Below are positions 1-14,003 of a stretch of DNA of 64,000 bases, piece by piece; position 1 is the first letter of the stretch, and each line of letters begins with the position of its first letter. The position numbers and the translations under genes are program-made. The DNA is from Eledone cirrhosa (taxonomy: Eukaryota), in the NCBI GenBank assembly GCA_964016885.1, contig OZ024746.1:79360001-79424000 (forward strand), given 5' to 3'. The notes beneath the pieces are model-generated. The model did no database searches, was not told the DNA's origin, and was given only the letters and a program-made list of their open reading frames with translations.

Positions 1-233
1 TGCTTTAGCCGACATATTGAAACCTTATTTCACTTTTGAGAAGAAGACGTGCATACCTGTTTTCTTTGCCCCTCCCCAACGAAATCTTTGAGTAAAGATG
101 TATAACCTCTCGTGGCATATCTTACATATTAAATCTTATTTTTGACATATCTATGTCTGCCTTGTGATTAGTGTGCTGTCAATAATGTTAATATTGGTAG
201 TACTAGTCATGTTATTAGTGTATGTTTTATGCC

Positions 234-540
234 AGGGCTGTGGATTGACAGAATCGTTATAGCATCGGACAACTGTTTATCAACATTTGTTTAGGTTCTT
301 TAGGTTCTGACTTTCAATCTTACCGAGGACGACTTTGCCTTTCATCATTTAGAGATCGATAAGATAAAGTACTAGTTATGCACTATGTTCGATGTAATCG
401 ATGTTTCTCCCCACAGAAACTGTTGGCATTGTATATCATTCTGGGGTAGATAAATTAATATACTAGTTAATAACTGGGGTCGATATCATCGATTTTCTTT
501 TTCCTGAATTGCTGGCCTTGAGCCAATATTAGAAATATTA
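234..540 (+). mobile_element. tRNA-derived SINE, main family, divergent copy
   Basis: Head gggctgtggattgacagaatcg, B-box-like ctgactttcaatc, core gactttgcctttcatc...tcgataa and tail gctggccttg. Homologous to about 20 other copies in the window. Confidence 0.75.
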
Positions 541-640
541 ATTTTCAGTAATTTTCAAAAAAAAAAAAAAAAAAATTTCAGCGACTCTTCAAAGTGTTTT
601 ATTTGATTTCTTTCCCCCTCCCATTATTATCATGTGGGTA

Positions 641-932
641 AGGGTGGTAGATTGGTAGTATCGGTAGAGTCGGACACCATGCTTTGTAGCATAGAGTTAC
701 GGCCCTTTATGGTCTGAATTCACATCCCTCCGAAGTTAACTTTACCTTTCATCCTTACAGGGTCGATAAAAATAAAGCACCAGTAATGTACTGGGGTCGA
801 TTTAATCGACTTTCCCCTCCCCCAAATTACTGGCCTTGTGCCTATACTAGAAATCATTATAATCATGTGGGTATATAAAGTACCAGTAATGCACTGGATA
901 ATTGCTGGCCTTTGTGCCAAATGTAGAAACAA
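641..932 (+). mobile_element. tRNA-derived SINE, main family, with duplicated 3' piece and TSD
   Basis: Full head-core-tail at 641-855 and a repeated 3' segment at about 873-932. Flanking repeat attat(t/a)atcatgtgggta at about 623, 855 and 932. Confidence 0.9.
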
Positions 933-1215
933 TTATTATCATGTGGGTATATTTCCGAGCCTCCACAATTGTATGACTGCTATGACTATTATCGGCCTTT
1001 GCCCCATAGCTATTCATAGACGTGAAACACTGCTTACAAAAGATATATAAGTATCTTAATCATGAACTGACAAGAAAGTTTAAATGAAAACAATTCTTCC
1101 ACCTTAAAAAGGAGAGAATTAAATCTCACATCATTCTTGACAGAGAGCACACGTAAAGCCTACTTGAAACAGTAGTTTGAATACAAGAAACCCTGTAGTG
1201 AGATCTGACTGCTTG

Positions 1216-1255
<40 letters not shown>

Positions 1256-1289
1256 ACACACACACACACACAAATATGATGGTATAATG

Positions 1290-1505
1290 GTTTCTGATTA
1301 AGGCACAAAGCCAACAATTTAGGGGATGGGAAAGTCGATTAAATCGACTTCAGTGAGTTACTGGCCTTTTATTTTATCGACCCCGTAAGGATGAAAGGCA
1401 AAGCTAACCTCGGCGGAATTTGAACTCAGAACGTAAAGGGTCGTAACTATATGCCTCAAAGCATGTTGTCCGATGCTCTACCAATACTACCAATCCAGCA
1501 CCCTC
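1290..1505 (-). mobile_element. tRNA-derived SINE, main family
   Basis: tttatcgaccccgtaaggatgaaaggcaaagctaacctcggcggaatttgaactcag is the reverse complement of the core and B box. Confidence 0.9.
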
Positions 1506-1723
1506 AAATATGATAGAACAATAATAATGGTTTTTAAATTAAGCACGAGCCTGCAATCGTTGATGCTTTCGAAGGTAAATTGATTATATTGATCATAATA
1601 CTTGATTGGTATTTTATTTCATCGATCCTTGAAAAATGAAAGGCAAATCTGTCCTCAGCTCTATTTGAACTTAGAGAGAAGAGAGTCGTAATACATACGG
1701 CCGTACTAACAGTTTTGACATTA

Positions 1724-1724
1724 C

Positions 1725-1772
<48 letters not shown>

Positions 1773-1935
1773 CGATGACGACGAGGAGGAGGAGGAGGAG
1801 GTAGAAGAGGAGCAGGAGACTTATGGTGGTGTTGGTGTTGTTGAAGAGGAAAAGAGAAGGAGAAGGAGGTTCAAAAACTAGAGAGAGAAAGAGAGAGAGT
1901 GTGTGTGTGAGAGAGAGAGAGAGAGAAAAAGAGAG

Positions 1936-2001
<66 letters not shown>

Positions 2002-2512
2002 TGTGTGTGTGTGTGTGTGAGAGAGAGAGGTGACAAATACTGGAATAAGTAAAGTTATAGTTGATGATTTCGTAATGGTAGAATAAGGTAATGTGGAGAT
2101 CTCAGTGGTATTTACTACACTCAATAATGATGATGCCGATGATGATGATTGTAATGATAATGATGATGATGATCATCATCATTTCTTAATAATAATAACA
2201 ATAATAATAAGTGGGCAAAGAAGAAGAAGAAGAAGAAGAAGAAGAAAAGTGAATAAGAAGAAGAAGAAAAGTGAATAAGAAGAAGATGAAAAGTGAAGAA
2301 GAAGAAGAAGAAGAAGAAGAAGAAGAAGAAGAAGAAGAAGAAGAAGAAGAAGAAGAAGAAGAAGAAGAAAAGTGAATAAGAAGAAGGTGAAGAAGAAAAA
2401 GAAGAAGAAGAAGAAGAAGAAGAAGAAAAAGAAAAAGAAAAAGAAAAAGAAAAAGAAGAAGAAGAAGAAGAAGAAGAAGAAGAAGAAGAAGAAGAAGAAG
2501 AAGAAGAAGAAT
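1724..2512. repeat. Compound microsatellite block (GAT)n/(GAG)n/(GA)n/(GAA)n
   Basis: Read directly. Confidence 0.95.
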
Positions 2513-3439
2513 ATAAAGTAAGCTTTTAATTTAACAATGACATATGTAATCAGATATCACGACAAAGCAGTTATAGATAGTAAAATAAAAGGGGAAAAGA
2601 GAAAAAAAGAAAGCAGCGTAGGAGCGGAAGGAGAGGTTTTCGAGGTGTTGTAGGGTGGAGAGAATGGTCAATCAAAGGAACCGCTTATTCTGGCCGACAG
2701 CATTCTTTTCAGTTTCCACTTCTATAGATGCATATTATACGGTCTAACAGAGCCAGCTTATCTAGATAGCATCAAGCAATCAGTGAATGAATTTCCTTGA
2801 TTTCCAGAAATACGCCAAATGCTTCTGCGAGTCTGGAAGTGAATAGAAACGGTTGGTTACTTTTGAAAGAGGAAAAGTAAGATAGCGGGATAAAATGAAA
2901 GCGACTATGAGTGTAAAAGGACCGAGGATTTATCTAGAAAAGATATCATAATTAAGCAGCAAACCACCGTGATAAGGACTGCGCTTTCAGGTTCTTCACT
3001 TAGTTATGAAACACAGAATTAATTTCGTTGAACGTGGGGTTGTGGGAGTTGGATTAAGATTTGGTAAATGTGTGGTGATAGAACAGTGAGAGTTGAGATC
3101 ACCAGTTCATAGAAAGAAATCTCTTTTATCTGAAACTTATGCTATCAATTTGACCACTGATAGCTTTTATGGTCTTCTTCCATTTCTTTTCAATAAATAT
3201 TAAGCCAAAATGTCTTATATTATTTAGCTTATTCATTCATTCTTTCAATCTTCCATCCATTCATTCATTCATTTATTCATTCAATGAACATCGTTCTTTT
3301 TTTAATTTGTCCAGTAATCAAACGTGTATGCTTGAGAAAACTGGAAAAATTAAATTCGGCTTTGAAAGCTATTGGTAGAAACAGAGTAGATTTAAATGGT
3401 ATTATCTGTTGTCCTTTAAACTATCTGGTAATGGCCATT

Positions 3440-3750
3440 ATCAACACCAGTATTTCCATCAACAAGAAGACCACCACCACCACCACCAACAACAAAAACA
3501 ACAACATCAAAAACAATATCAACAGCAGCAACATCAACTCAATAATAACATCAACACCATTATCAACAACAAAACGAACAATAATTATATCACCAGCAGC
3601 AACAGCAATAGCAACAACAGCAACAAGAAACATCAAAAATATCAACGCCAACAACAACAACAACAACAACAACAATATAAATAACATAAACAAAAACAAC
3701 AATAGGAACAATAATTACTCCATCATCATCATCAGAAACAATAACATCAA
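3440..3750. repeat. Degenerate (CAA/CAC/CAG)n low-complexity tract
   Basis: Read directly. It generates the N/T-rich and Q/H-rich ORFs. Confidence 0.85.
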
Positions 3751-4228
3751 ACTCCCGTTTTTCTATGGCTTTCTCGTCGTCTACTTATCCGCAAATCACA
3801 TTGCAGTTTCCTTATATTGTACAAAGGAATCCAATGAAATGTATTTACAGTGGATTATCCATGTAACTAGCGACATCTATATTTTTTTATCTAAAACCTA
3901 GCCAACCCATTTTATAAACCGTTATCGATTCTCTAAATACCGCCATTCCGCTATTCCGCCATTTCGCTATTCCACCATTCGTTGATAGTAAATTCGTCGT
4001 TTTTATTTCACATGGCTTCTTCTTTTGAACGAAGTTTCCTTAATCATTCCGCTTTTGTTAATAACTACAATTTACACATTGACAACTATTCAAGCAAAAC
4101 TTCGATTTCGTAGTGAACCACGCTACACTGACCACAGTTCTTTCTCTTCTAAAATAGGTGCGCCATACAATGCATAATTCAAATCCATACTGCACCCACT
4201 ATTCTCCCCCAGAAACATTATTTCTTTT

Positions 4229-4507
4229 CATTTGACATATATGTGTATATATATATATATATGTATGTGTGTATATATATATATATATATATGTGTATAT
4301 ATATATATATGTATATGTATATATATATGTATGTGTGTATATATATATATATGTATGTGTATATATATATTATAATTATATATATACATACACATATATA
4401 TGTACATATATATGTGTGTTGGTGTGTGTGTGTGTGTTAGTGTGTGAATTGAATGTGTGCGTGTATGTCTATGTATGCATGTATATGTATGTATGTATGT
4501 AGGTATG

Positions 4508-4543
<36 letters not shown>

Positions 4544-4619
4544 CATACATACATACCTACATACATACATACATATACATGCATACATAGACATACACGC
4601 ACACATTCAATTCACACAC

Positions 4620-4657
<38 letters not shown>

Positions 4658-4829
4658 GTACATATATATGTGTATGTATATATACTATATATGTATATGT
4701 GTGTATATATATATATGTATGTGTATATATATATATATATGTATGTATATATATATATATATATGTATGTGTATATATATATATATGTATGTGTATATAT
4801 ATATATGTATGTGTATATATATATATGTA

Positions 4830-4861
<32 letters not shown>

Positions 4862-4880
4862 CATACACATATATATGTAC

Positions 4881-4912
<32 letters not shown>

Positions 4913-4990
4913 TAGTGTGTGAATTGAATGTGTGCGTGTATGTCTATGTATGCATGTATATGTATGTATGTATGTAGGTATGTATGTATG

Positions 4991-5026
<36 letters not shown>

Positions 5027-5045
5027 CATACCTACATACATACAT

Positions 5046-5055
<10 letters not shown>
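4229..5055. repeat. Microsatellite-rich segment present as direct-inverted-direct triplication
   Basis: Marker gttagtgtgtgaattgaatgtgtgcgtgtatgtctatg at about 4436 and 4911, with its reverse complement at about 4585-4623. Fold centre in (TA)n at about 4525. Confidence 0.85.
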
Positions 5056-5098
<43 letters not shown>

Positions 5099-5099
5099 T

Positions 5100-5306
5100 A
5101 GGAGAAAGTATGACCCCGACGGCAGAGCTCGAGCCGTTTCGACGGCTATTTCTGGACTAAAGACTTTAGTCCAGAAATAGCCGTCGAAACTGCTTGAGCT
5201 CTGCCGTCTGGGTCATACTTTCTCCTATTACCCACTCTACTACCCTAAGTATTGAGTTCTCTGGTGCGTATGGCCCATCTGGTTCCTTACCACAACTCCT
5301 TCGTTA
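5100..5306 (+). mobile_element. Family A (TA)n-inserted palindromic micro-element (probable PLE remnant)
   Basis: Inverted arms 5101-5160 and 5166-5226 plus an 80-nt tail, with TA-rich repeats on both sides. Contains GAAAC(T/G)GC-loop-GCCGTC (hammerhead stem III plus GUC site). Confidence 0.8.
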
Positions 5307-5339
5307 TATATAAATATATGTATACATATATACACACAC

Positions 5340-5371
<32 letters not shown>

Positions 5372-5723
5372 CTGTGTTTGTGTGTGTGTGTATACATCCT
5401 GTCCACTCTATCTCCTCCCTTCCTCTTTCTTACCTTATCAAAATCACACTCGTTGCAGCGATTGGCTGTACAGACCTTACTTGACCTTAGAGATTGATTA
5501 TTTTTCAAGCTTATCGTTTCGCTAGTTGCTCTCGTCGCCATTATGAATCGTATTAAGCCAAATACTAACAACCAGCATCTTGACTGCATATCCAAGTATA
5601 ACTACAATAGACCGTCTGAATAGATATTTCTGGACACATACACACACACATATATATATACACACATACACACACACATATATATATACACATACACACA
5701 CACATATATATATATATACACAT

Positions 5724-5780
<57 letters not shown>

Positions 5781-5802
5781 CATACATACATACATATATA
5801 TA

Positions 5803-5841
<39 letters not shown>

Positions 5842-5863
5842 ATATATATGTATACATGTATAC

Positions 5864-5910
<47 letters not shown>

Positions 5911-5962
5911 CATATATATAAACATATATATATATATATATATATACATTTATATATATATA

Positions 5963-6021
<59 letters not shown>

Positions 6022-6043
6022 GTATACATGTATACATATATAC

Positions 6044-6076
<33 letters not shown>

Positions 6077-6116
6077 CATATATATATAAATATATGTATA
6101 TATTTATGTATACATG

Positions 6117-6161
<45 letters not shown>

Positions 6162-6183
6162 TTATATATATAAATACATATAT

Positions 6184-6214
<31 letters not shown>

Positions 6215-6215
6215 A

Positions 6216-6264
<49 letters not shown>

Positions 6265-6510
6265 CTGGCAAATATATAAGAAATTTTCATTTGAGGCGAG
6301 GAAATGTTCAGACATATTTATGGATGACAATGATATAATGCTTCAAGGGGTAATAATATTAGTGCTATTGTTGGTGTTGTTGTTGTTGTTGTTCCTTATT
6401 TCCTTCATTTTCTCTTATCGTTATTTATATTATTATCTTCGTCGGTATGAAACTCATCTTTATCTCTATAATCTTCATGAATGTTATCATCATTATCATC
6501 GTTGTCGTTA

Positions 6511-6728
6511 AGGCGGTGGATTGGCAATATCGGTAGAGGGTCAGACGCTATGCTTTGCATCACAGAGATACGACCCTTTATGATTGATCTGAGTTCAAAT
6601 CCGGGCAAGGTTAACTTTGCCTTTCATCCTTAAGGGGTCGATAAAATAAAGTACCAGTCACGAACTAGGTGTCGATTTAATCGACCCCCCCCCCCCATTG
6701 CTGGCCTTGTGCCTATATAAGAAACCAT
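6511..6728 (+). mobile_element. tRNA-derived SINE, main family
   Basis: ggcggtggattggcaatatcggtagaggg head, gagttcaaatcc B box, core and tail. Confidence 0.9.
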
Positions 6729-6744
6729 CATTATCATCGTCATC

Positions 6745-7097
6745 TTCGTCACCATTGCCATCACGTAACTTACTGTTTGCAGTATTCGGTTCAAGATAGT
6801 AAGGTACTGAATTCGATTCCTGGCAACCTGTAGTCTCCTGAAGCAAGGCGTTAGTCTAGTTAGTCTAGTTCATTTACCGTTAGTCTAGTTCACTCAGCTG
6901 GCAAGAATTAGTTATGCCTGTATTTCAAACACCCAGGCTTTTGCTTAACGCTGTTTCACACTAAACCACCTTGTCAACTACGGTATAGATGCATATGTCT
7001 GTCAGTTACTTTGCTACATTGAGGTTAATTTCATGAGCTGGCTTTTCCGTTCGAACAACTGGAACACTCTTCGTCGGAATCGAGGAAGGGTCCAACA
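6745..7097 (-). mobile_element. Second SINE-like dispersed repeat, divergent
   Basis: Shares aactggaacactc and gttaatttcatgag-like motifs with 28720-28875 and 39700-40085. Confidence 0.5.
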
Positions 7098-7521
<424 letters not shown>

Positions 7522-7974
7522 GAGACATACACGCAGCGCCGTGCCAACATCCTAACAATATAAATAGTGAGATGCTAGGAAATACTGTTTATTGAAAAGA
7601 ATAAAATGAAATGATTATATGGCTTACAGTGAATTGGAAATGTGTTTTAGCGCTGTTGAATTTGAGATAATAAATTAATTCTTTCGGGATATGGTAAAGA
7701 GACAAAGAGAGATAGACATGTAGAGATAGATAGAGAGCGAGAGAGAAACAAACAGAGAAAGAAAGAAAGAAAGAAAGAAAGAAAAAGATAGAGAGTGAGA
7801 GAAAATAATCTAGAGAGTTATTTCATTAATTAGCTAATTTAATTGTAAGCTAATTATGTACATCTGTTTTATAGGACATAGTGGCATAATCCGAATGTAA
7901 ACTATGTTCAGGCATGCAAATGTACTTAGTCACACTTCCCACTTTTTCATGCATATAACGAAAACATAAATTAA

Positions 7975-8522
<548 letters not shown>

Positions 8523-8556
8523 TATACACGGGTGTGTATGATTGTGTATAGAAGAT

Positions 8557-8813
8557 TATATTAATAAAAGGAATTCCAACTTTGTCTGATTTACTCGTTT
8601 TATTTACAATCCTTTAAAATTTATAATGGTATTAGAATGAAATAGTATGGTAGAATATTAAATGTTAAGTGTTAATTGAACAAGTACTTTCATGCTTTCG
8701 CAATCTTCAGGTTCATAATGTGTGGTGATAGACAAGTTTGCAATTTTCAACTGTTGAAAATTGCAAACTTATAAATAAAACGAGTAAATCAGACAAAGTT
8801 GGAATTCCTTTTA

Positions 8814-8822
<9 letters not shown>
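8557..8822 (-). mobile_element. PLE-like remnant with terminal inverted arms (family I)
   Basis: About 50-bp inverted repeats at 8559-8609 and 8771-8822, an internal palindrome at 8733-8770, an internal hammerhead, and a (TA)n junction. Confidence 0.75.
8678..8714 (-). ncRNA. Minimal type-I hammerhead ribozyme
   Basis: Minus strand reads GAAC CTGAAGA tTGC-GAAA-GCAt GAAA GTAC TT GTTC. Stem I is GAAC/GTTC, the core is intact and stem III is the palindrome GTAC. Confidence 0.85.
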
Positions 8823-8871
<49 letters not shown>

Positions 8872-8991
8872 ACACACCTATATCTCACACATACACTCTT
8901 ATACACACACGCACACGTGCGCACATATATATGTGTGTGTGTGTGTATATGCATATGTATATATTTATATACGCATATATATGCATATATG

Positions 8992-9041
<50 letters not shown>

Positions 9042-9078
9042 TATATAAACATATATGTGCATATATATATATATATAT

Positions 9079-9131
<53 letters not shown>

Positions 9132-9829
9132 AGGGAGTGAGAGAAAAAGAATACAGATAGATACATATCGAAGGGAAGTAGAGAAGCAGATAGAGAGAAA
9201 GAGACAGAGGCAAACACAAGTATAGTGTTAGACATATATACATATGTATGCATTTAAAATATAACTGTCCGAATGAATAGCTAATGCCATCGTTTTTAAT
9301 CGATTTTAATCGATTTAATTTCATTTTTAAACAAACATGTCACCTGGATTAATATAGTATTGATTTCTGGTCATTATTTTAAGTATAAATACAACTAAAA
9401 CAACAAAAATACAGAAAAATGTGTTTTGTTGAGAATTTTGCAACGAACTCTTTTATCTACTATAATTGAATCAGTAGGTTGAGAAATAATTAATGATTGC
9501 TATAAGAGTAGTAGATCTACTAATGGACATATGATCATAGGTGAATGTTTTAAAGAATTTATTGTTCACATGCATAATCATTGATACATGTTCACAAGGG
9601 AAAGCTGTTTATTAAGGAAACAAATCAATGTTAAACTATTTAATTTCCAATTAAAATAAAAATTATTTAATTTTCTTTTTGCCAACATGAAATATAGGTT
9701 TTTCTTTCTTTTGTATTTGTTTGCACCGTTAATTAGATTATGAATGTATATTCAATATATATAATTTTGAGTGCAATGAATTAACAGATTCGATAGCCCG
9801 TTACACAAAGCGACGTGTCGTGTTGGTGG

Positions 9830-9975
9830 TTTGGCCGAATCGAAAACAAGTCAGACAAAATTATATACTGTATTCAGTTACGCCCCTTGACGTTCTGGTT
9901 TCGATTCCTGCTATGGTCAATTTATCCGAAAATAAAGTACAACGTTCGAGTTGAAATGCTGGGGTCCAGTTTATC
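9830..9975 (+). mobile_element. tRNA-derived SINE, old divergent copy
   Basis: ttggccgaatcg...gacgttctggtttcgattcc...aaaataaagtac...ctggggtc. Confidence 0.55.
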
Positions 9976-10160
9976 ATCGGCTGTATACATTTCACTCTTT
10001 GTGCTAATATTCGAAATTAATATATATATATGTATATCTATTCTTTTCCTTCTCTCTTTCTTTGCTTTCCATGAGTACACCTCCATATTACTTTTCTTAT
10101 CTTGCCAGAGGTCATATCTAATTCCATTTAATTTCCACATTCCGCTCACTACCCATATGG

Positions 10161-10201
10161 TTTTCTAACGATCCTGTGAGTACACAAGAGAAACGTCAAG
10201 G
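10161..10201 (+). ncRNA. Degenerate minimal hammerhead in a TA-flanked insert (10035-10295)
   Basis: tttt CTAACGA TCCTGTG-agta-CACAAGA GAAA CG TC aagg, with one core substitution. AATAAA lies about 25 nt downstream. Confidence 0.6.
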
Positions 10202-10310
10202 TAACAACATTGAAACTTGTTCTCAATAAAGGTTATAGTATTCTCTATTAATGTACTGAGTACTCATTTTCCCGACGTCATTACTAAACGAAGTATATAT
10301 ATATATATAT

Positions 10311-10546
10311 ACGGTGAAATACTGGTGTTGATACCAAATAAAGCACTCTATGCACAGGCAGTGTGTATATAATAGAAACAACGAGGAAGTTCCGTTTACA
10401 TATGAAAAATATTTATTGCGTATCGACCTGTTACGCGCGTTTCGCAGAGGGTCACATTGAACCAATCCTCTGTGAAACGCGTGTAACAGGTCGATATCCA
10501 ATAAATATTTTCCATATGTAAACAAAGTTCCTCATTTTTCTATTGT
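10311..10546. mobile_element. Palindromic PLE-like remnant (family G) with hammerhead 3' halves
   Basis: Inverted arms about 10368-10450 and 10467-10546. Each arm has GAAA CGCG(C/T)G TA ACAGG. (TA)n on both sides. Confidence 0.7.
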
Positions 10547-10568
10547 ATATATATATATATATATATAT

Positions 10569-10771
10569 AGAAGTGGTTACACAACAGTTAGTTTACCATA
10601 CCGAGAACAATTGTTTCACCTTAGCGGATCCTCGATTACGAGCTGACGATCCGCTAAGGTGAAACAACTGTTCTCGGTATGGTGAACTAACTGTTCTGCA
10701 ACCATTTCTACCTAACTCGTCCCATGGACTGAGTGCTCTACCACTACGGATATTACCTTCCAGTGTTCTAC

Positions 10772-10775
<4 letters not shown>
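10569..10775 (+). mobile_element. Palindromic PLE-like remnant (family F)
   Basis: Inverted arms about 10569-10634 and 10639-10710 plus a 65-nt tail, with (TA)n on both sides. Confidence 0.75.
10639..10676 (+). ncRNA. Minimal type-I hammerhead ribozyme
   Basis: CGAG CTGACGA tCC-gctaa-GGt GAAA CAACTG TT CTCG. The mirror arm has the palindrome CAATTG in stem III. Confidence 0.8.
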
Positions 10776-11171
<396 letters not shown>

Positions 11172-11259
11172 AGATCATTCTTTTTATGACTGTTTTTTCT
11201 ATGCTTGCATACATGTTTCCGTAATTCATGAGCAAGTCGTTGGTACGACTTATTGAAAT

Positions 11260-11552
11260 ATGACATTTCTGAGGCGTTTTTGTTTAAACCAGGCGGAGCC
11301 CATCCCTTTCCAGGTCTCTTCCACCAGATTTCTTCAAGAGAAGACTAGAGAGAGAGAGAGAGAATGTATGTGAGAAAGAGATATAGAGGACGTATTGACT
11401 CCAATACTTTATTCGTACTTTTTTATCGACTTGGAATGGATGAAAGGCAAAGTTAACCTTGATGGAATTTGAATTCGTAAAGAAGAGAGTCGAAACGGAT
11501 ACCGCAAATCATTCTATCCAACGTTCTAGCGATTCTGCCAACTCGCCGCCTC
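11260..11552 (-). mobile_element. SINE subfamily with the same head and core but a different 3' region
   Basis: Core at 11420-11480. The extension gcccatccct(t/c)tccagg is shared with 45940-46248. Confidence 0.6.
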
Positions 11553-11570
11553 CCATGCATACAATTTTCA

Positions 11571-12251
11571 TTATTATCTGATCTTGGCAGTGGATTGGCA
11601 CAGGGCGGTGGATTGGCAGTATCGGTAGAGGGTCGGACGCCATGCTTTGACCCATAGAGTTACGGCCCTCGCCATTCTGAGTTGAAATCCCGCCGAGGTT
11701 AACTTTCCCTTTCATCCTTACGAGGTCGATAAAATAAAATACCAGTAATACACTGGGTAATTGCTGGCCTTGTGCCAAAAGTAGAAACAATTATTATCTG
11801 ATCTTGGCAGTATCGGTAGGATTGGCAGTATAGGTAGGGCGTCGGACAACATGCTTTGAAGCATAGAGTTATGGCCCTTTACGTTCTGAGTTCAAATCCC
11901 GCCGAGGTTAACTTTCCCTTTCATCCTTACGAGGTCGATAAAATAAAGTACCAGTAATACACTGGGTAATTGCTGGCCTTGTGCCAAAAGTAGAAACAAT
12001 TATTATCTGATCTTGGCAGTATCGGTAGGATTGGCAGTATAGGTAGGGCGTCGGACAACATGCTTTGAAGCATAGAGTTATGGCCCTTTACGTTCTGAGT
12101 TCAAATCCCGCCCAGGTTAACTTTGCCTTTCATCCTTACGGGGTCGATAAAATAAGTAACAGTCACACACTGGGGTTGATTTACTCGACTTTCCCCTCTC
12201 CCCAAATTGCTGGCCTTGTGCCTATATAAGAAACCCTTATTATCTGATCTT
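11571..12251 (+). mobile_element. Head-to-tail SINE trimer separated by a repeated 15-bp target sequence
   Basis: ttattatctgatctt at 11571, 11791, 12000 and 12237 brackets three SINE copies of about 200 bp. Confidence 0.9.
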
Positions 12252-12714
12252 TCAAGAGGTTCAATAAGAAATATTAATGTTCCAGGAAAGATATTTATAC
12301 TCATATGTAACAGTAAAACATTAAAAGAATACTCAGTAATACATTTTTGTTGTAAACTTATTTCTGTTTATATATGGCTATTTAGCTAAACTTATCGCGT
12401 ATCCCATGTTTATTCATAATGACTGAAAACAGTCACTAGTGCGTGATACATTAGTGCGTTTTTCAAATCTGTTCCTTTCGAGTTCAAATCCCGTGGAAAT
12501 TATATTTGTCTCTTATCATTTCGGGATCAAGAAAATATATGGTAGATTGTTAGACGTAATGTTTTCGTGGAGTTTGCTCTGGTCTTCTACATTCTGAGTA
12601 GTTGATGGTCAGCACATTCTTTCGCTAGATTTACCACTCCATCTAATTCTTGTTGTAATTCTCTAATTCTCGTCTTCCACCCATCAATTTGAGATTTCTT
12701 CAAATGAAACGATC

Positions 12715-12950
12715 AAGGGCCTTGCTCTTCCCTCTCTTACTAAATGGTAGAAGAGAGGTTTAGTCGATTGCATTGAACCTCAATATCTGATAGGTCCTTT
12801 ATTCTATCGATCCCAAAAGAAGGATGAAAGGCAAAGTTAATATGGTAATAGGGACCTAGACAGAATTCGAAATTAGAATGCAGAAAGCCGGAAGAGATAA
12901 TACAAAGAATCCCATTCGAAGGTCTAACACTTCTGTCATTCTACCACTTT
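12715..12950 (-). mobile_element. tRNA-derived SINE, divergent
   Basis: tatcgatccc...ggatgaaaggcaaagttaa core. Confidence 0.65.
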
Positions 12951-13027
12951 GGATTAGTACAGTATTTATGGACTCCGAAATGATAAAACGGAATCGTTTA
13001 CCTTATGCAAGTATTCTCTCCGAGTTT

Positions 13028-13110
<83 letters not shown>

Positions 13111-13968
13111 TACGTATAATCAAGTTGAGGAATAAAAGCTATTTATTTGAATAAATAAAAAAAAACTTATATTTTATTTGATAGAAATTTAATAATTATA
13201 TTTTAATTAGAAATTAATCTGTTCATTCATCATAATCGATTTATTTCCATCGATAAAATAGTATTCACTTGTGAACTTGTGTCAACGATTACATTAACAA
13301 TAGTTGCTTTAAAGCTATTCACCTTAGATTATATGTCCACTAAATAGATCTACAACTGATGCTGTAATGATTAATTATTTTCCACCTTATCGATTCAATT
13401 ATCATAATAGATAAAAGATCAGGCTTCAAAATTCTCTATTAGAACATATATTACATATTTTTCTCTCTTTTTTTGGTTGTCCGTCTTCTACATGAAATCA
13501 TAACCATGAATCACTGTGATATTAATCCATGTGACATGTTTGTTAGAAAATTATATGAAATGAATTATATCATTTGATATCCTTTCTGACAGCTTCAAAA
13601 GTAATGCCTTTCACTTTATTTTGTTTATTTTTTCTCCATATTATTTGATATTTTAGTGCAGAATATTTTATGGCTGAAGCAGTGTGTATCGCTGGCTGTC
13701 GTCTGCGGCAATGTTTTCGCCATTGTATCCGCGGAGCCTAGCTAAGAATGTAATGTCTCACACGCTCTTTATAGTTTATGTGCTCCACCTGTTTCTCGTT
13801 TCTCTCTTCCTCTTTCTAAATATATACTGCATAATATGAAACTTTGACTCAATAAAATAACCGCTTTTACAGCATTTTCTACTTATTTTACTGTTGTATA
13901 CACACACGTATACATGCACACACATATATATATATATACACGCATATATATAAACGTATATATGTATG

Positions 13969-14002
<34 letters not shown>

Positions 14003-14003
14003 C

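Noticed and set aside
3284-3901. N/T-rich and Q/H-rich ORFs resembling a transcription-factor low-complexity exon
   Set aside because: Several frames are open only because of CAA-type repeats, and I saw no domain or convincing splice context.
5100-5226. Palindromes interpreted as MITEs with TA TSDs
   Set aside because: The arms are asymmetric with one-sided tails and variable centres, and they contain ribozyme motifs. This fits retroelement inversion better, although a MITE origin is not formally excluded for family A.
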